In this document: piece by piece, positions 30,002 to 41,080 of the stretch | How the letters are laid out: each line of letters opens with the position of its first letter | Position numbering within the stretch: position 1 is the stretch's first letter | Assembly: GCA_036677065.1 (NCBI GenBank) | Contig: JAKFBS010000004.1 | Location: forward strand, 352,001-416,000 | DNA length: 64,000 nucleotides | DNA from: Bdellovibrio sp. | Lineage (GTDB): Bacteria; Bdellovibrionota; Bdellovibrionia; Bdellovibrionales; Bdellovibrionaceae | Reading direction: 5' to 3' | Program-made: the position numbers and the translations under genes | Notes under the pieces: generated by a model | Databases searched by the model: none | Told to the model about the DNA's origin: nothing | What the model saw: the letters and a program-made list of their open reading frames with translations, nothing else

Positions 30002-32263
30002 ATGGCAAAAACCACTCCGTTTTTTCAACCGTATTTCACTGTTGACCGCAAATCACCGTATTTTAAGGTGAAAACTTTTGAAGCGGTGATCAAAGACTCG
30101 CAGAATCGAATTTATTTCGAAAAACATGGCGTGAATGCCCCAGAACACTGGTCGCAAACGGCCGTAGACATTGCAGCCAGTAAGTATTTTCGCAAAAGCG
30201 AGAAAAAAGAAAATTCGATTTTTGCCTTAGTGAATCGTATTGCAGCAGGGCTTAGAACTGCGGCCACGAATTCAAAGCTATTTAGCAGCGCAAAAGAAAT
30301 TGACTCGTTTATTAATGAAATTACCTTTCACTTGTTAAACCAATCAGCGGCTTTTAATTCGCCGGTGTGGTTTAACTGCGGTTTGCATGAAACCTATAAA
30401 GTTTCATCGACCAGCCATCACTTTGCCTGGGATTATAAGAATAAAAAAGTAACTGAAATCACTGATGCTTTTAAAAGACCGCAATGTTCAGCGTGTTTTA
30501 TTCAATCAGTCGATGATTCTTTAGAGTCTATTTTTGATTTAGTTAAAACTGAAGCCAAACTTTTTAAATATGGTTCAGGTTCTGGAACTAATTTTTCAAC
30601 TTTACGCAGTAAATATGAAAATTTAAATTCAGGTGGCACAAGTTCTGGATTAATTTCTTTTTTAGAGATTTTAGATAAATCTGCTGGCGCTATTAAATCC
30701 GGTGGGACAACTCGCAGAGCGGCTAAAATGGTTTGTGTCGACATGGATCATCCTGAAATTTCAGAATTCATTTCCTGGAAAATGAAAGAAGAAAAAAAAG
30801 CGCACGCTTTAATAGCTCAAGGCTATTCAGCAGAACTTGACGGTGAGTCTTATCACACAGTATCTGGTCAAAATGCCAATAACTCGGTTCGTATTTCAAA
30901 TAAGTTTATGCACGCCTTAGAGAAAAACACGCAGTGGGCTTTGAAATCGCGCATCAACGGTAGAACGGTTTCAGAAGTCACCGCTGATGCCCTTTGGACA
31001 AAGCTTTGTCAGGCGGCCTGGCATTGCGCTGACCCTGGTGTGCAATTTAGCGATACGATTAATAAGTTTCACACCTGTAAAGAAACAGCACCGATCAATG
31101 CCAGTAACCCTTGCTCTGAGTATATGTTTTTAGATGATTCGGCTTGTAATTTAGCTTCGTTAAATTTAGTAAAATTTTTTGACAATGCAAAACCAGGTGA
31201 TGAGAAGTTTAAAATTCATGAGTTTTTATTAACCGTTAAAACTTTTATTTTAGCGCAAGAATTTTTTGTCGATTATTCAAGTTATCCGACTGAAGAAATC
31301 GCACAAAACTCGCATGATTATCGCCCCTTGGGCTTGGGCTACGCCAATCTCGGAAGTCTGCTAATGCAAATGGGTTTAGCTTATGATAGCGATCATGCCA
31401 GAGCTTTTGCCGGAGCCATGACTGCGATGATGACGGGTATGGCTTATTACACCAGTAGTGAATTAGCAGCTAAACTAAAACCTTTTTCAGGCTTTAAGAA
31501 AAACAAAAAATCAATGATGGGTGTGATGAAGCTGCATCAAAAAGCTTTAAAAAATATCCAGTGGGATTTATTGCCTCCGGTGTACAAAGATATTTGCCAA
31601 AATATCTGGAGTGAAGTTTTAGTGATGGGTGAAAAGCACGGATTTAGAAATGCGCAAGTGAGTGTTATCGCACCCACTGGAACCATTGGGCTTGTGATGG
31701 ATTGTGATACAACTGGTATTGAGCCAGATTTTTCACTAATCAAACGCAAAAAATTATCTGGTGGCGGGCAAATCAAGATCGTCAATCAATCGGTGAAAGT
31801 AGCTTTAGATAATTTAGGTTATTCTTCTGTTGACCGTGATAAAATTTTATTTCAAATCGAAAATGGTGAAGATTTTATTGCTGGTCCTGTTTTACGAAAA
31901 GAACACAGGAAAATATTTTTTACCGCTGCAGGAACCACGCAAACCGGAGACGATGTACTATCGCCGGACGCCCACATTTTGATGATGGCTGCGGTGCAAC
32001 CTTTTATCTCTGGCGCTATTTCTAAGACTGTAAATTTGCCAAATAGTGCAACTGAAGCTGACATCGCCGAGGTTTATCATAAAGCGTGGCGCTTAAATTT
32101 AAAAGCAGTGGCTGTGTACCGAGATGGTAGCAAATTTGTACAGCCCTTGAATCGCAATAAGCCAGAGTTTCCCGCTTGTACCGAATGTGGTAGTCCCACA
32201 GTTCTAGAATCAGGCTGTTATCGCTGTCTGAATTGCGGAACCACAACAGCCTGTTCGAGCTAA
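30002..32263 (+). CDS. nrdJ: class II (B12-dependent) ribonucleotide reductase
   Basis: [43 protein letters not shown]-terminal CxxC..CxxC ribbon. Confidence 0.93.
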   Translation: MAKTTPFFQPYFTVDRKSPYFKVKTFEAVIKDSQNRIYFEKHGVNAPEHWSQTAVDIAASKYFRKSEKKENSIFALVNRIAAGLRTAATNSKLFSSAKEIDSFINEITFHLLNQSAAFNSPVWFNCGLHETYKVSSTSHHFAWDYKNKKVTEITDAFKRPQCSACFIQSVDDSLESIFDLVKTEAKLFKYGSGSGTNFSTLRSKYENLNSGGTSSGLISFLEILDKSAGAIKSGGTTRRAAKMVCVDMDHPEISEFISWKMKEEKKAHALIAQGYSAELDGESYHTVSGQNANNSVRISNKFMHALEKNTQWALKSRINGRTVSEVTADALWTKLCQAAWHCADPGVQFSDTINKFHTCKETAPINASNPCSEYMFLDDSACNLASLNLVKFFDNAKPGDEKFKIHEFLLTVKTFILAQEFFVDYSSYPTEEIAQNSHDYRPLGLGYANLGSLLMQMGLAYDSDHARAFAGAMTAMMTGMAYYTSSELAAKLKPFSGFKKNKKSMMGVMKLHQKALKNIQWDLLPPVYKDICQNIWSEVLVMGEKHGFRNAQVSVIAPTGTIGLVMDCDTTGIEPDFSLIKRKKLSGGGQIKIVNQSVKVALDNLGYSSVDRDKILFQIENGEDFIAGPVLRKEHRKIFFTAAGTTQTGDDVLSPDAHILMMAAVQPFISGAISKTVNLPNSATEADIAEVYHKAWRLNLKAVAVYRDGSKFVQPLNRNKPEFPACTECGSPTVLESGCYRCLNCGTTTACSS

Positions 32264-32346
32264 ATAAGCAGTCAAGATTCGGTTAAAATACGTTATGGCA
32301 GAGCTATCTCTAGGAATCATCTTTGATCTGTGATATTCAAGCATCC

Positions 32347-32733
32347 ATGCAGGCACAAGCTACGATTCTAGTAATGGATGATGATATTGATCTTCTCGAT
32401 GTTCTTAAAGAGACCTTAATTACATTATGCAAAATCGATCAAGTCATTACAGCCAATTCATTATCTGCAGTTCAAGAACAAAAAGAAGCAATCCTAAAAT
32501 GCCAATTAGCTATTTTAGATGTGAACCTAGGTGCGGGCCACCCATCTGGTGTAGATGTGGCTGAATGGCTTCGCGCAAATAATTTTACAGGTAAAATTGT
32601 TTTTCTAACGGGACATGCTGTTTCAGATCCAGAAGTTTTAGCCGCAACAAAAATGCCTGACACTAAAGTGGTTGCAAAGCCAATCGGCCTTAGCCAGTTA
32701 CTTAGTTTTGTCGAAGGTGTAGCACATACGTGA
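32347..32733 (+). CDS. single-domain response regulator
   Basis: MDDD, LDVNL, LTGH, AKP all intact. Confidence 0.88.
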   Translation: MQAQATILVMDDDIDLLDVLKETLITLCKIDQVITANSLSAVQEQKEAILKCQLAILDVNLGAGHPSGVDVAEWLRANNFTGKIVFLTGHAVSDPEVLAATKMPDTKVVAKPIGLSQLLSFVEGVAHT

Positions 32734-33566
32734 ATAACCGCACTCCTGAATCGCATATGGAAGCATATCGCACGCTGGTCTTTGCGTGTGTGGCCTCAAT
32801 TGTGGTGCAGACGATTTTTATTTTCATTGATGGCGCAACTTTAGGAATGTTCATGGCTTGGCTCAATGGCGCACATGTATTCATTGCAGCGGTCATCGGC
32901 TATTGGCTGTTTAGTCATCGCAAAAATGTGCCTTCAGTAAAAGCTTTAGAGGTCGGATTTTTTATTTTATCCGCTCCGTATTTAGTAACAACCTGGATGG
33001 GTGAAACTACGGGCATCGAACTTGGACAAATTCGGCAACCGTTTGTTCCTTTTCAGTTTCTTTGTATTTACATTGCTGTGTTATCGCCAGGACGCATAGT
33101 CGTTGCGGCCGCTGAAATTTTTGTGAGTCTTGCTGTAGCGGTGGCTTTCTGGTTTGTTTTAAAGAGTCAGTATCCACTCACAGGTATAACCAGCGAACCT
33201 TGGGCGACTTTAACTTTTGGTCTTATCGCCTTGATGATGTTAGCCGCTAGAGCTTACCGTAAAGGTATAATTCAGAAATTAGAAAAAACGCGTGCTGAAG
33301 CTGAAGCTTTTGAACGCGCGGCCCGTTTGTTTTTAGCAGTGCGTGATCGGGCCAATTCTCCGTTACAAGTCATTAACTTGTGCGCAACTTTAATCATGGC
33401 GCGTAATCCTGCCGAAGTAGAAACAGTTGAACGTTTGCAGCGATCATTGATTAAACTCAAAGAGCTGACCGACATCTTAGCCGAAACCGAAATTTGGCGC
33501 GAAACTTATAAGGCTGGCGGCGATATTTCTGCAGAAATCGACAAAACTTTTAATAAACTGGTTTAA
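32730..33566 (+). CDS. multi-TM membrane protein with His-less HisKA-like tail
   Basis: About 6 TM segments then AVRDRANSPLQVI; no HATPase domain; 4-bp overlap with the receiver gene. Confidence 0.75.
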   Translation: MNNRTPESHMEAYRTLVFACVASIVVQTIFIFIDGATLGMFMAWLNGAHVFIAAVIGYWLFSHRKNVPSVKALEVGFFILSAPYLVTTWMGETTGIELGQIRQPFVPFQFLCIYIAVLSPGRIVVAAAEIFVSLAVAVAFWFVLKSQYPLTGITSEPWATLTFGLIALMMLAARAYRKGIIQKLEKTRAEAEAFERAARLFLAVRDRANSPLQVINLCATLIMARNPAEVETVERLQRSLIKLKELTDILAETEIWRETYKAGGDISAEIDKTFNKLV

Positions 33567-33586
33567 TTATTGCTGAACAATTTCTA

Positions 33587-34651
33587 ATGAAATTGATGCG
33601 CAAAATATTCATTATCGTTTTAATTCTTGGTGCAATTCGGTTGTTACTTCCAGTCGCTGCGTTGGCAGCTTTAAATTACGCCTTACGCAACAAAATCGAA
33701 GATTACGTGGGACATATTGATAATCTTCATCTTGCGATCTTAAGAGGTGCTGTAGAGTTTAAAGACCTGCATCTTGAAAAAAGAGATAAACCTGAAGCAC
33801 TTCAAGCAAATATCGAAAGCATTAAATTCAATCTTTTATGGCAAGACCTATGGGATAAGAAAGCTATTGCTGAAGTTTATGTAAATAAGATTGAAGTGGT
33901 CTTAACTGAAATCCCTAAACTAAAACCGCCAAAGCCCGAAGATTTAACATTTAAAAAAATTAGAAAAATATTAGCTGAGTCGGAATGGTCTTCAGAATTA
34001 AATAAATTTGAAATCAGGAATTCGTCGGTTAAATTTTTAGTGCCGAAGGCAAAAGCCCCATTGTCAGTTTCAAACATCAACGTTAATGTTTATAATCTGC
34101 ATTTTTCGCCGGATAGAGAATGGCAGTTATCTGATTTTACCCTAAAAGGTTTATTGCAGGGCCAAGGTGAAATAAATCTAAGCGGTAAACTTCAGCCGCT
34201 GGCATTGCCTCCGATGGCAGAAATTAATTTTTCATTAGTTGATTTCGAGCTAAAAACTTTAAATGGGCTGTTACTTAAAATCTTACCCATGGATATTACG
34301 CGCGGAAAATTAAGCGCTTATATAGAGGCAGCTACAGAAGAAGGTCATTCCAATGGTTATGCTAAAATTTTTTTTGATGAGATAGATGTTTTGGCCAGTC
34401 CGCAAAAATTTAAATCAGGCCGCCATTTTTTAATTGAGGCGGGTGCTGCTCTAGGAAACTGGGTTTTAAAAAATGACAAAGAGAAATCCTTAGCGGTAAA
34501 CCTGCCATTTAAAATTAAGCATGATAACGTGGCGGTGAATACGTCTGAAGCCTTCTGGTCAACAATAGAAAACAAACGTGATGAGCTTGATCGTAAATTA
34601 GATAACTCAGTCAGTTTTGTGCAAAATCGTAATGAAAACAAATTAGAGTAG
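33587..34651 (+). CDS. DUF748/AsmA-like protein
   Basis: N-terminal anchor, YVGHIDNLHLAILRG, GKLQPLA, GYAKIFF beta-rich pattern. Confidence 0.7.
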   Translation: MKLMRKIFIIVLILGAIRLLLPVAALAALNYALRNKIEDYVGHIDNLHLAILRGAVEFKDLHLEKRDKPEALQANIESIKFNLLWQDLWDKKAIAEVYVNKIEVVLTEIPKLKPPKPEDLTFKKIRKILAESEWSSELNKFEIRNSSVKFLVPKAKAPLSVSNINVNVYNLHFSPDREWQLSDFTLKGLLQGQGEINLSGKLQPLALPPMAEINFSLVDFELKTLNGLLLKILPMDITRGKLSAYIEAATEEGHSNGYAKIFFDEIDVLASPQKFKSGRHFLIEAGAALGNWVLKNDKEKSLAVNLPFKIKHDNVAVNTSEAFWSTIENKRDELDRKLDNSVSFVQNRNENKLE

Positions 34652-34789
34652 CTATTATATATCAAGCGTTCATACTTTCATAAATATTCCTTTTTGACTC
34701 GTTTTTTAGACTAATGGGGCGAAATTACCAAGTGATAATTTAAATTCTGTTTTAAAGGCCATTAAATGCAATTTGCATGTCATTTATCA

Positions 34790-34805
34790 TGGCGCCACGT
34801 TTGCT
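34790..34805 (+). promoter_or_regulatory. sigma54 -24/-12 promoter
   Basis: TGGCGCCACGTTTGCT = TGGC..N..TTGC with GG-N10-GC spacing. Confidence 0.65.
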
Positions 34806-34852
34806 TTAGACGATGCAAACTACATTACAGACATTGTCAGAAGAAGGACAGC

Positions 34853-35083
34853 ATGCCTCAACGCCAATCCAATAAGAGTCAAATCTCTCGCCGTGGTCAA
34901 ATGAACAAAACCGATATGGCCAAAACTACTCCTGCGAGTCGCCCTCGTGATGACTTGCGAACAGCTTATGGTGGCGATGAAAACCGAGGCCCTGCTGACG
35001 ATCAGAAAACGACGTCATCTAAAGGTGGCAAAGTTAAAGGTCGCAGGCTTCCTGCGGATTCGGCGAAAACTCCAATCCGCTAG
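34853..35083 (+). CDS. small hydrophilic disordered protein (76 aa)
   Basis: AAGAAGGA RBS, ATG 34853, MPQRQSNKSQ...; downstream of sigma54 site. Confidence 0.6.
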   Translation: MPQRQSNKSQISRRGQMNKTDMAKTTPASRPRDDLRTAYGGDENRGPADDQKTTSSKGGKVKGRRLPADSAKTPIR

Positions 35084-35276
35084 AGGGGCTTCCTTAGACC
35101 CAGATTGGAACTCATTTATTTTAGATGAATTATAACTGAGTCCGAAATGGAACTGGTGGGATAAAAAATTCCTTTACCAAAAATTGATCAACAAAAAAAT
35201 GGACTATGTTAATAGGGATGAACTACAAACAGCTCATCAATTTATTTTTATTTACTAATTATTTTTAGGAGATTTT

Positions 35277-35816
35277 ATGAAACAGTTATTAATGGTTATC
35301 GCGGTGATCTGCTTAGCACAAACTGCAAAAGCGCAATCTTGGCAATATATGCCTGAAAATCTTTCTTTAGTTCACGAACACTTAAATAAAGATCTTTATC
35401 AATTCGACAATAAAATCGTTAATTTTTCGATGTCTAAAAACAGAGAAGTGGCTCGCCTGCAAATTTTAAATAACCTGTGCCCTTCGGCTAATGGCGGTTT
35501 TTCTTGTTTAGCAATGCCTTCAGTTGTTTTAAATGCAACTTACACCATCAAACATGTGACTACTGATGACTGCGGCGTTCAAACCCTGATCAGCAATAAT
35601 GTTGAAGTGGGCAGTAAATTTGAGAGAAATGTAAAACGTTATTCACAGGTTCGCATTACTGATTACACTCATTCAGTTTGTGAAATGGTTTATCCGGCTG
35701 ATGTGAAGGTAGAATTAAAAGAAACGACTAAAGATTCTGAATTAGACAAAGTTGAAATTCACTATTCGACATTATTATTCAATTACGCAAAAAATAGTGG
35801 TCCTGTGTCTCAGTAG
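35277..35816 (+). CDS. secreted hypothetical protein
   Basis: AGGAG RBS, signal peptide (AKA), 4 Cys in the mature part. Confidence 0.8.
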   Translation: MKQLLMVIAVICLAQTAKAQSWQYMPENLSLVHEHLNKDLYQFDNKIVNFSMSKNREVARLQILNNLCPSANGGFSCLAMPSVVLNATYTIKHVTTDDCGVQTLISNNVEVGSKFERNVKRYSQVRITDYTHSVCEMVYPADVKVELKETTKDSELDKVEIHYSTLLFNYAKNSGPVSQ

Positions 35817-35844
35817 TTGTTGATTGAAATACGGTACTCAAATT

Positions 35845-35877
35845 AAAAGAGGCGACTTATGTCGCCTCTTTTTTTTT
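35845..35877. terminator. bidirectional intrinsic terminator
   Basis: AAAAGAGGCGAC-TTAT-GTCGCCTCTTTT. Confidence 0.9.
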
Positions 35878-35880
35878 GGT

Positions 35881-38124
35881 TTATGCTAATGTGTTAGCTA
35901 GTAACATTTCACGGTACTTAGGTAATGGCCAGAATTCATCTGATACGATAAGTTCTGCTTCATCACAAGCGGCACGTAATTTAAAGCTTAATGGCTGCAA
36001 CGTGTTTACGATATCATGCATGCGTTTTTCTTCGTCATGAGATTTTTTAGATTTCTCAACTAACGTTTTCATTTTTTCTAACTCAGTTAATACGCGGGCT
36101 AAAACGCCATCTAAAGTAGTTAAACGACTTTCGTGTAACTTAGCTGTAGCTTTTGAAGGAATCGCTGCGTGAGCCTGGGCCATTGCGCCGAATTGTTTTT
36201 CGATTGCAGGTACAATGTAAGTCTCAGCTAATTCGATTAAAGCTAAATGCTCGATATCTAAAGTTTTCACATAACGCTCAACCGCGATATGGTAACGTGA
36301 ATTGATTTCTTCTTGCGATAATACATTTGTATCAACTAAGAATTGCGTTTTCTTTTTGTCTTTAAACATCTCTAAAGCTGCAGGTGTTGTGTTTAAGATC
36401 GGAAGACCACGTTTTTTAGCTTCAGCTTTCCATTCATCAGAATAGCCATTGCCGCTGAAACGGATGTTTTTAGTTTCTTTAACAACCTGACGAACTAATT
36501 CCATAACGGCTTCGTCGCGTTTTTTCTTTTTCAATAGGTCTTTTAAGCGAGCTGAGCACTCTTTGAACGAGTTCGCTACAGCTGCATTTAAGATCGACAT
36601 AGGTACGGCTACGTTTTGCGTAGAGCCCACAGCGCGGAATTCAAATTTGTTTCCGGTGAATGCAAATGGCGAAGTGCGGTTACGATCAGTGTAATCTTTA
36701 GAAACTGTTGGAATTTTATTAACACCTAAATCGATGATCGATTGCTCAGTGGCTTTTAAAACTTTACCGGCTTCGATGGTGTTTAAAATGTCTTCTAATA
36801 AACTTCCTAAGAAAGCTGAGATGATCGCTGGAGGGGCCTCGTTAGCCCCTAAGCGGTGATCATTACCCGGTGAAGCAATCGCTGCGCGAAGAACTGCAGC
36901 GTTATCATAAACCGCTTTTAAAACCACCGCTAAACACGCTAAGAAGCGTAAGTTTTGGTGCGGAGTATTTCCGGGTTCAAGTAAGTTTTCGCCTTTGTCG
37001 TTAGCCATTGACCAATTGTTGTGTTTTCCTGATCCGTTAACGCCGGCAAAAGGTTTTTCGTGAAGTAAGCACACTAAACCGTGTTTTAAAGCTGTGCGTT
37101 TTAAAACTTCCATCGTTAGTAAGTTGTGATCTGAAGCGATATTCATATCTTCGAATATTGGAGCTAATTCGAATTGGCTTGGCGCCACTTCGTTATGGCG
37201 GGTTTTAATCGGTACGCCTAATTTGTATAATTCAAATTCACACTCTTGCATGTACTGAGTAATACGAGAAGGGATAGCTCCGAAATAGTGATCTTCTAAT
37301 TGTTGGCCACGAGCTGCAGCTGAGCCAACTAATGTACGACCAGTCATAATTAAGTCGGGGCGCAACGCGACAAAGTTTTTATCAACTAAGAAGTACTCTT
37401 GTTCAGCACCTAATGTTGTCGAAATCTTTTTAACATCGACATCGCCCAATAATTTTAAAAATTCGCACCCTGCAGTAGTAATAGCTTCAGTTGAACGTAA
37501 TAGGGGAGTTTTATTATCTAAAGCTTGGCCGTGATAACCGAAAAACACTGTCGGAATACATAATGTCTTACCGTTGCCTTCTTCTAAAATGAACAACGGC
37601 GACGAGGGATCCCAAGCTGTATAGCCACGCGCTTCGAAAGTTGAACGCATGCCGCCTGAAGGAAATGACGAAGCATCTGGTTCACCTTGAATTAACTGCG
37701 AACCCGTGAATCTTTCGATAACACGTAATTCAGAATGATTTGAATGTTGAATCGTGATGAAGGCATCATGCTTTTCAGCAGTTGATCCTGTCATCGGTTG
37801 AAACCAGTGACAAAAGTGAGTTACACCTTTTGTGATAGCCCATTCTTTCATTGCCGAAGCAATTGCTTCAGCAGTTTCTTTAGGTAATTTTTTACCTTGA
37901 TCTAAAGTTTTAAGTAAATTGTTGTAGGCATCTTTAGGAAGCTTTTCGCGCATCTGCGCAAGACCGAAAGTAGAGCAGCCAAAGTATTCAGATATCGGAG
38001 ATTCTTTTCCGAACTGATCTTTGATTTTTGTGATTGAGGTTGTTTTTGTTTCGATCGCGGCTTTAAAAGCGCCGTGACGTGCGGTTACAGCAGTGCCTGC
38101 TGCAGTCTCGTTAGTCGAGTGCAT
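35881..38124 (-). CDS. glutamine synthetase type III
   Basis: HWFQPMTG, GEPDASSFP, HNEVAP, HEKPFAGVNGSGKH, NRTSPFAFTGNKFEFRA; 747 aa. Confidence 0.96.
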   Translation of the reverse strand: MHSTNETAAGTAVTARHGAFKAAIETKTTSITKIKDQFGKESPISEYFGCSTFGLAQMREKLPKDAYNNLLKTLDQGKKLPKETAEAIASAMKEWAITKGVTHFCHWFQPMTGSTAEKHDAFITIQHSNHSELRVIERFTGSQLIQGEPDASSFPSGGMRSTFEARGYTAWDPSSPLFILEEGNGKTLCIPTVFFGYHGQALDNKTPLLRSTEAITTAGCEFLKLLGDVDVKKISTTLGAEQEYFLVDKNFVALRPDLIMTGRTLVGSAAARGQQLEDHYFGAIPSRITQYMQECEFELYKLGVPIKTRHNEVAPSQFELAPIFEDMNIASDHNLLTMEVLKRTALKHGLVCLLHEKPFAGVNGSGKHNNWSMANDKGENLLEPGNTPHQNLRFLACLAVVLKAVYDNAAVLRAAIASPGNDHRLGANEAPPAIISAFLGSLLEDILNTIEAGKVLKATEQSIIDLGVNKIPTVSKDYTDRNRTSPFAFTGNKFEFRAVGSTQNVAVPMSILNAAVANSFKECSARLKDLLKKKKRDEAVMELVRQVVKETKNIRFSGNGYSDEWKAEAKKRGLPILNTTPAALEMFKDKKKTQFLVDTNVLSQEEINSRYHIAVERYVKTLDIEHLALIELAETYIVPAIEKQFGAMAQAHAAIPSKATAKLHESRLTTLDGVLARVLTELEKMKTLVEKSKKSHDEEKRMHDIVNTLQPLSFKLRAACDEAELIVSDEFWPLPKYREMLLANTLA

Positions 38125-38296
38125 ATTTGCTCCTTCAGTCTCTAAGAATGCGTGACTCCTAGAAAGTTAAATTTTTGCTTGGGAAAGCTTACAGAAATAT
38201 AAATCTATGTAAAACAGTCCACGAGACATAGGCTATCCTGCCCGTGCAGAGTTCGCAAGAGGGTCTGGTAAATAATTTAGAGCGTTAGGTTTGAGA

Positions 38297-38629
38297 TTAC
38301 TTGGCTGCAACTTTAGCGCACTTATAAGCTACGCCAAGGGCTTTGCCACCGAAGAATCCACCTTGAGCCAGCGTCCAAACGATATGAGTAGCGCCCATAT
38401 TGGCAGCGTCGTTCATAGCTTGGTTTTTAGCGTAGTTTTTGCCAGCTTCTTGCATGAATAAGCCACCGTATGAAGAATTACCTATAACTTCACCCATAGT
38501 CTTGCAATCTTTAACTTGGCTTCTTTCGTTATCGTTAACTTGTGTAATGCGAGAAGCTTCGTGAGTTAAAGCCGTCGCGCAACCAGTAAGAGATAGGGCT
38601 AATAATCCTAAGACTAAAATATTTTTCAT
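38297..38629 (-). CDS. small lipoprotein (DUF4156-like)
   Basis: Lipobox LTGC; CKTMGEV...AANMGATHIV...AYKC. Confidence 0.75.
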   Translation of the reverse strand: MKNILVLGLLALSLTGCATALTHEASRITQVNDNERSQVKDCKTMGEVIGNSSYGGLFMQEAGKNYAKNQAMNDAANMGATHIVWTLAQGGFFGGKALGVAYKCAKVAAK

Positions 38630-38654
38630 TATGTAATCCTTTATGTTTGAAAAT

Positions 38655-39794
38655 TTATCTTACTTGTTTAACGAAAGTGATCAAGGCCATTTCTGCAAAG
38701 TACTGCTTACGTCGCTCGATCATTAGCGGGGAATTTGATGTGGCGGTAAGCTCTTGGGTGAAGCTATGGCCGTTGAAGCTTCCCATGACGACGGCGCGCT
38801 CTAGGTTTTCGTCCTGTGGAAATAGCGCAATAAAGTTTTCTTCGTGTGTGAAAAAATCTGTATCTAGTGGCTCCGGAGATTGTTTCCACATCCAGTTTTT
38901 ATATTTTTTTAATTCATTAGATAAGCGGTGATTTAAAAAGCCAGCGGTCACGAAATCATAAAATGCGAATTCTGAATTTGACGTCAGTTTCGAAAAAGCT
39001 TGTGTGATATCAGTAAAGTTTTTTAACGCCGTAATATTTTCTAAAGCCTTATCAATTTTATCGACGATAGCTTTTGCTAAATTTTCTTGTGATTTGAAAT
39101 ACGTGAATTTCACTTCGACGTACGGGTGATGCACCCGGTAACCGATATCAAATTTTAAATCTGGCCAGCGGCCTTCTAAGCAAGCTTCAGTTAAGGCAGC
39201 GACTTCTGATTCTGGAGTTCCTAAAGTATCCCAGGCTTTCGTAATTTTTTTATCGAACAACTGAGTTTCAACAAATAACCATTTAGCAATTGATTCATTC
39301 CAGACAGCTTCAATTTCTGCTGGCGGGCCAGGTAGTACGAAAACATCTTTTAAGCCATAAGCGGTTTGCACTTCCATTTGAAAACCGTTAGCGGTTCCTT
39401 GTGAATTATTTAAAATCACAGCGCCTTCAGGAAAATAACACTGTTGTTTTTGAATATCTCTGACGACAAAATTTCGGCTGTTCATACGTACAACAATGGA
39501 TTGCCAAGATTTATCATCAAATTTTAAATCTTTTTTTGACCACTCTGAAATTAACTCGCGAGTAAAGTCATCGCTCGTTGGCCCAAGGCCGCCAGTTACA
39601 AAAATATAATCAGAATTTTGGGCGCAAAAATCTAAAGATTTCAAAATAGAAGGGCGCTCATCCGGCACAGTCAGCTGCAGTGCGGTTTCTAAGCCAAAGG
39701 GAATAAGTTTGTCTGAAATCCATGCTGCGTTCTTATTGAAGATTTGTCCGGTGGTTAATTCAGTGCCAACGCCTAAAATAGTGGCTTTTTTCAT
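38655..39794 (-). CDS. CinA-like protein (molybdopterin-binding N-domain, degenerate C-domain)
   Basis: GTELTTG, TGGLGPTSDD, LPGPPAE. Confidence 0.88.
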   Translation of the reverse strand: MKKATILGVGTELTTGQIFNKNAAWISDKLIPFGLETALQLTVPDERPSILKSLDFCAQNSDYIFVTGGLGPTSDDFTRELISEWSKKDLKFDDKSWQSIVVRMNSRNFVVRDIQKQQCYFPEGAVILNNSQGTANGFQMEVQTAYGLKDVFVLPGPPAEIEAVWNESIAKWLFVETQLFDKKITKAWDTLGTPESEVAALTEACLEGRWPDLKFDIGYRVHHPYVEVKFTYFKSQENLAKAIVDKIDKALENITALKNFTDITQAFSKLTSNSEFAFYDFVTAGFLNHRLSNELKKYKNWMWKQSPEPLDTDFFTHEENFIALFPQDENLERAVVMGSFNGHSFTQELTATSNSPLMIERRKQYFAEMALITFVKQVR

Positions 39795-39880
39795 AGCTAA
39801 ATCCTTATTTTGACCTTTATCAAGCCTGATACCTTTGTTACAGTCAAGCCATTCAAAAACCAGCTTTCCGAGGTAAAACC

Positions 39881-41080
39881 ATGAACACAGTTGATTTAAA
39901 AACTTTTGATTTAGCTAATCCTACTGAAACGCACCAAATGTTGCGTGATACTTTAAAATCTTTTGTTCAAGCCGAAGTTGAACCACAAGCTCATGAGCAC
40001 GACAAAAAAGAAAAATTCAATTTACCTCTGTTTAGAAAATTAGGTGAACTTGGTTTATTAGGAATCACAGTTCCTGAACAATACGGTGGCTCAGGTCTTG
40101 ATGCGACGGCTGTTGTTTTAGTGCATGAAGAATTATCTGCAAGTGATCCAGGTTTTGCTCTAGCTTATTTGGCTCATGCATTACTTTGCGTGAATAATTT
40201 AGCGGTTAATGGTTCTGATGCACAAAGAGAAAAATACTTACCAAAACTTTGCTCTGGCGAATTCGTTGGAGCCATGGCGATGTCTGAACCAGATTACGGT
40301 ACAGATGTTATGGGTATGCAAACGACCGCGACTAAAAAAGGTGATAAGTACGTGCTTAACGGACGTAAAATGTGGATCACTAATGGCGCGATCGATGATA
40401 ATAAAACAGCTTGTGATATGGTTTGGGTTTACGCAAAAACTGGCGAAAAAAATGGCCGTGCGCAATTATCAACATTCATCGTTGAAAAAGGTGATTTAGG
40501 TTTCTATGTTGGTCAAAAAATCCACGATAAATTAGGAATGCGCGCTTCAAACACGGCAGAATTAGTTTTTGAAAACTGCGAAATTCCTGCAGACCGTCTA
40601 GTGGGCCACGAAGGTGATTCTATGCTTCACATGATGCGTAACCTTGAATTAGAGCGCATTGGCTTAGCGGCAATGTCTTTAGGTATTGCCCGTCGTTCAA
40701 TTGAAATTATGAATAAATACGCAACTGACCGTAAAGCTTTCGGTAAACCGTTAAATTTCTACGGCCAAATTCAAAAATATGTTGCAGATTCTTACGCTGA
40801 ATACAAAGCAAGCTCTGCTTATGTGTACGATACAGCCCGTAAACATGATCTGCATAAAGAAGGTAACCGTTTAGATTCAGATGGCGTAAAACTAGTAGCA
40901 ACGACTATGGCAAAAAATGTGGCTGACCGTGCGATTCAAGTTCTTGGTGGTTTTGGTTATGTCGGCGAGTACGTTGTTGAACGTCTTTGGAGAGATTCTA
41001 AATTATTAGAAATCGGTGGCGGTACATTAGAAGCGCATCAAAAAAATATTACGCGTGATTTAGCACGTTTAGGTTTCTAA
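39881..41080 (+). CDS. acyl-CoA dehydrogenase (isovaleryl-CoA DH-like)
   Basis: AMSEPDYGTD, LNGRKMWITNG, KLGMRAS, WRDSKLLEIGGGT. Confidence 0.93.
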   Translation: MNTVDLKTFDLANPTETHQMLRDTLKSFVQAEVEPQAHEHDKKEKFNLPLFRKLGELGLLGITVPEQYGGSGLDATAVVLVHEELSASDPGFALAYLAHALLCVNNLAVNGSDAQREKYLPKLCSGEFVGAMAMSEPDYGTDVMGMQTTATKKGDKYVLNGRKMWITNGAIDDNKTACDMVWVYAKTGEKNGRAQLSTFIVEKGDLGFYVGQKIHDKLGMRASNTAELVFENCEIPADRLVGHEGDSMLHMMRNLELERIGLAAMSLGIARRSIEIMNKYATDRKAFGKPLNFYGQIQKYVADSYAEYKASSAYVYDTARKHDLHKEGNRLDSDGVKLVATTMAKNVADRAIQVLGGFGYVGEYVVERLWRDSKLLEIGGGTLEAHQKNITRDLARLGF

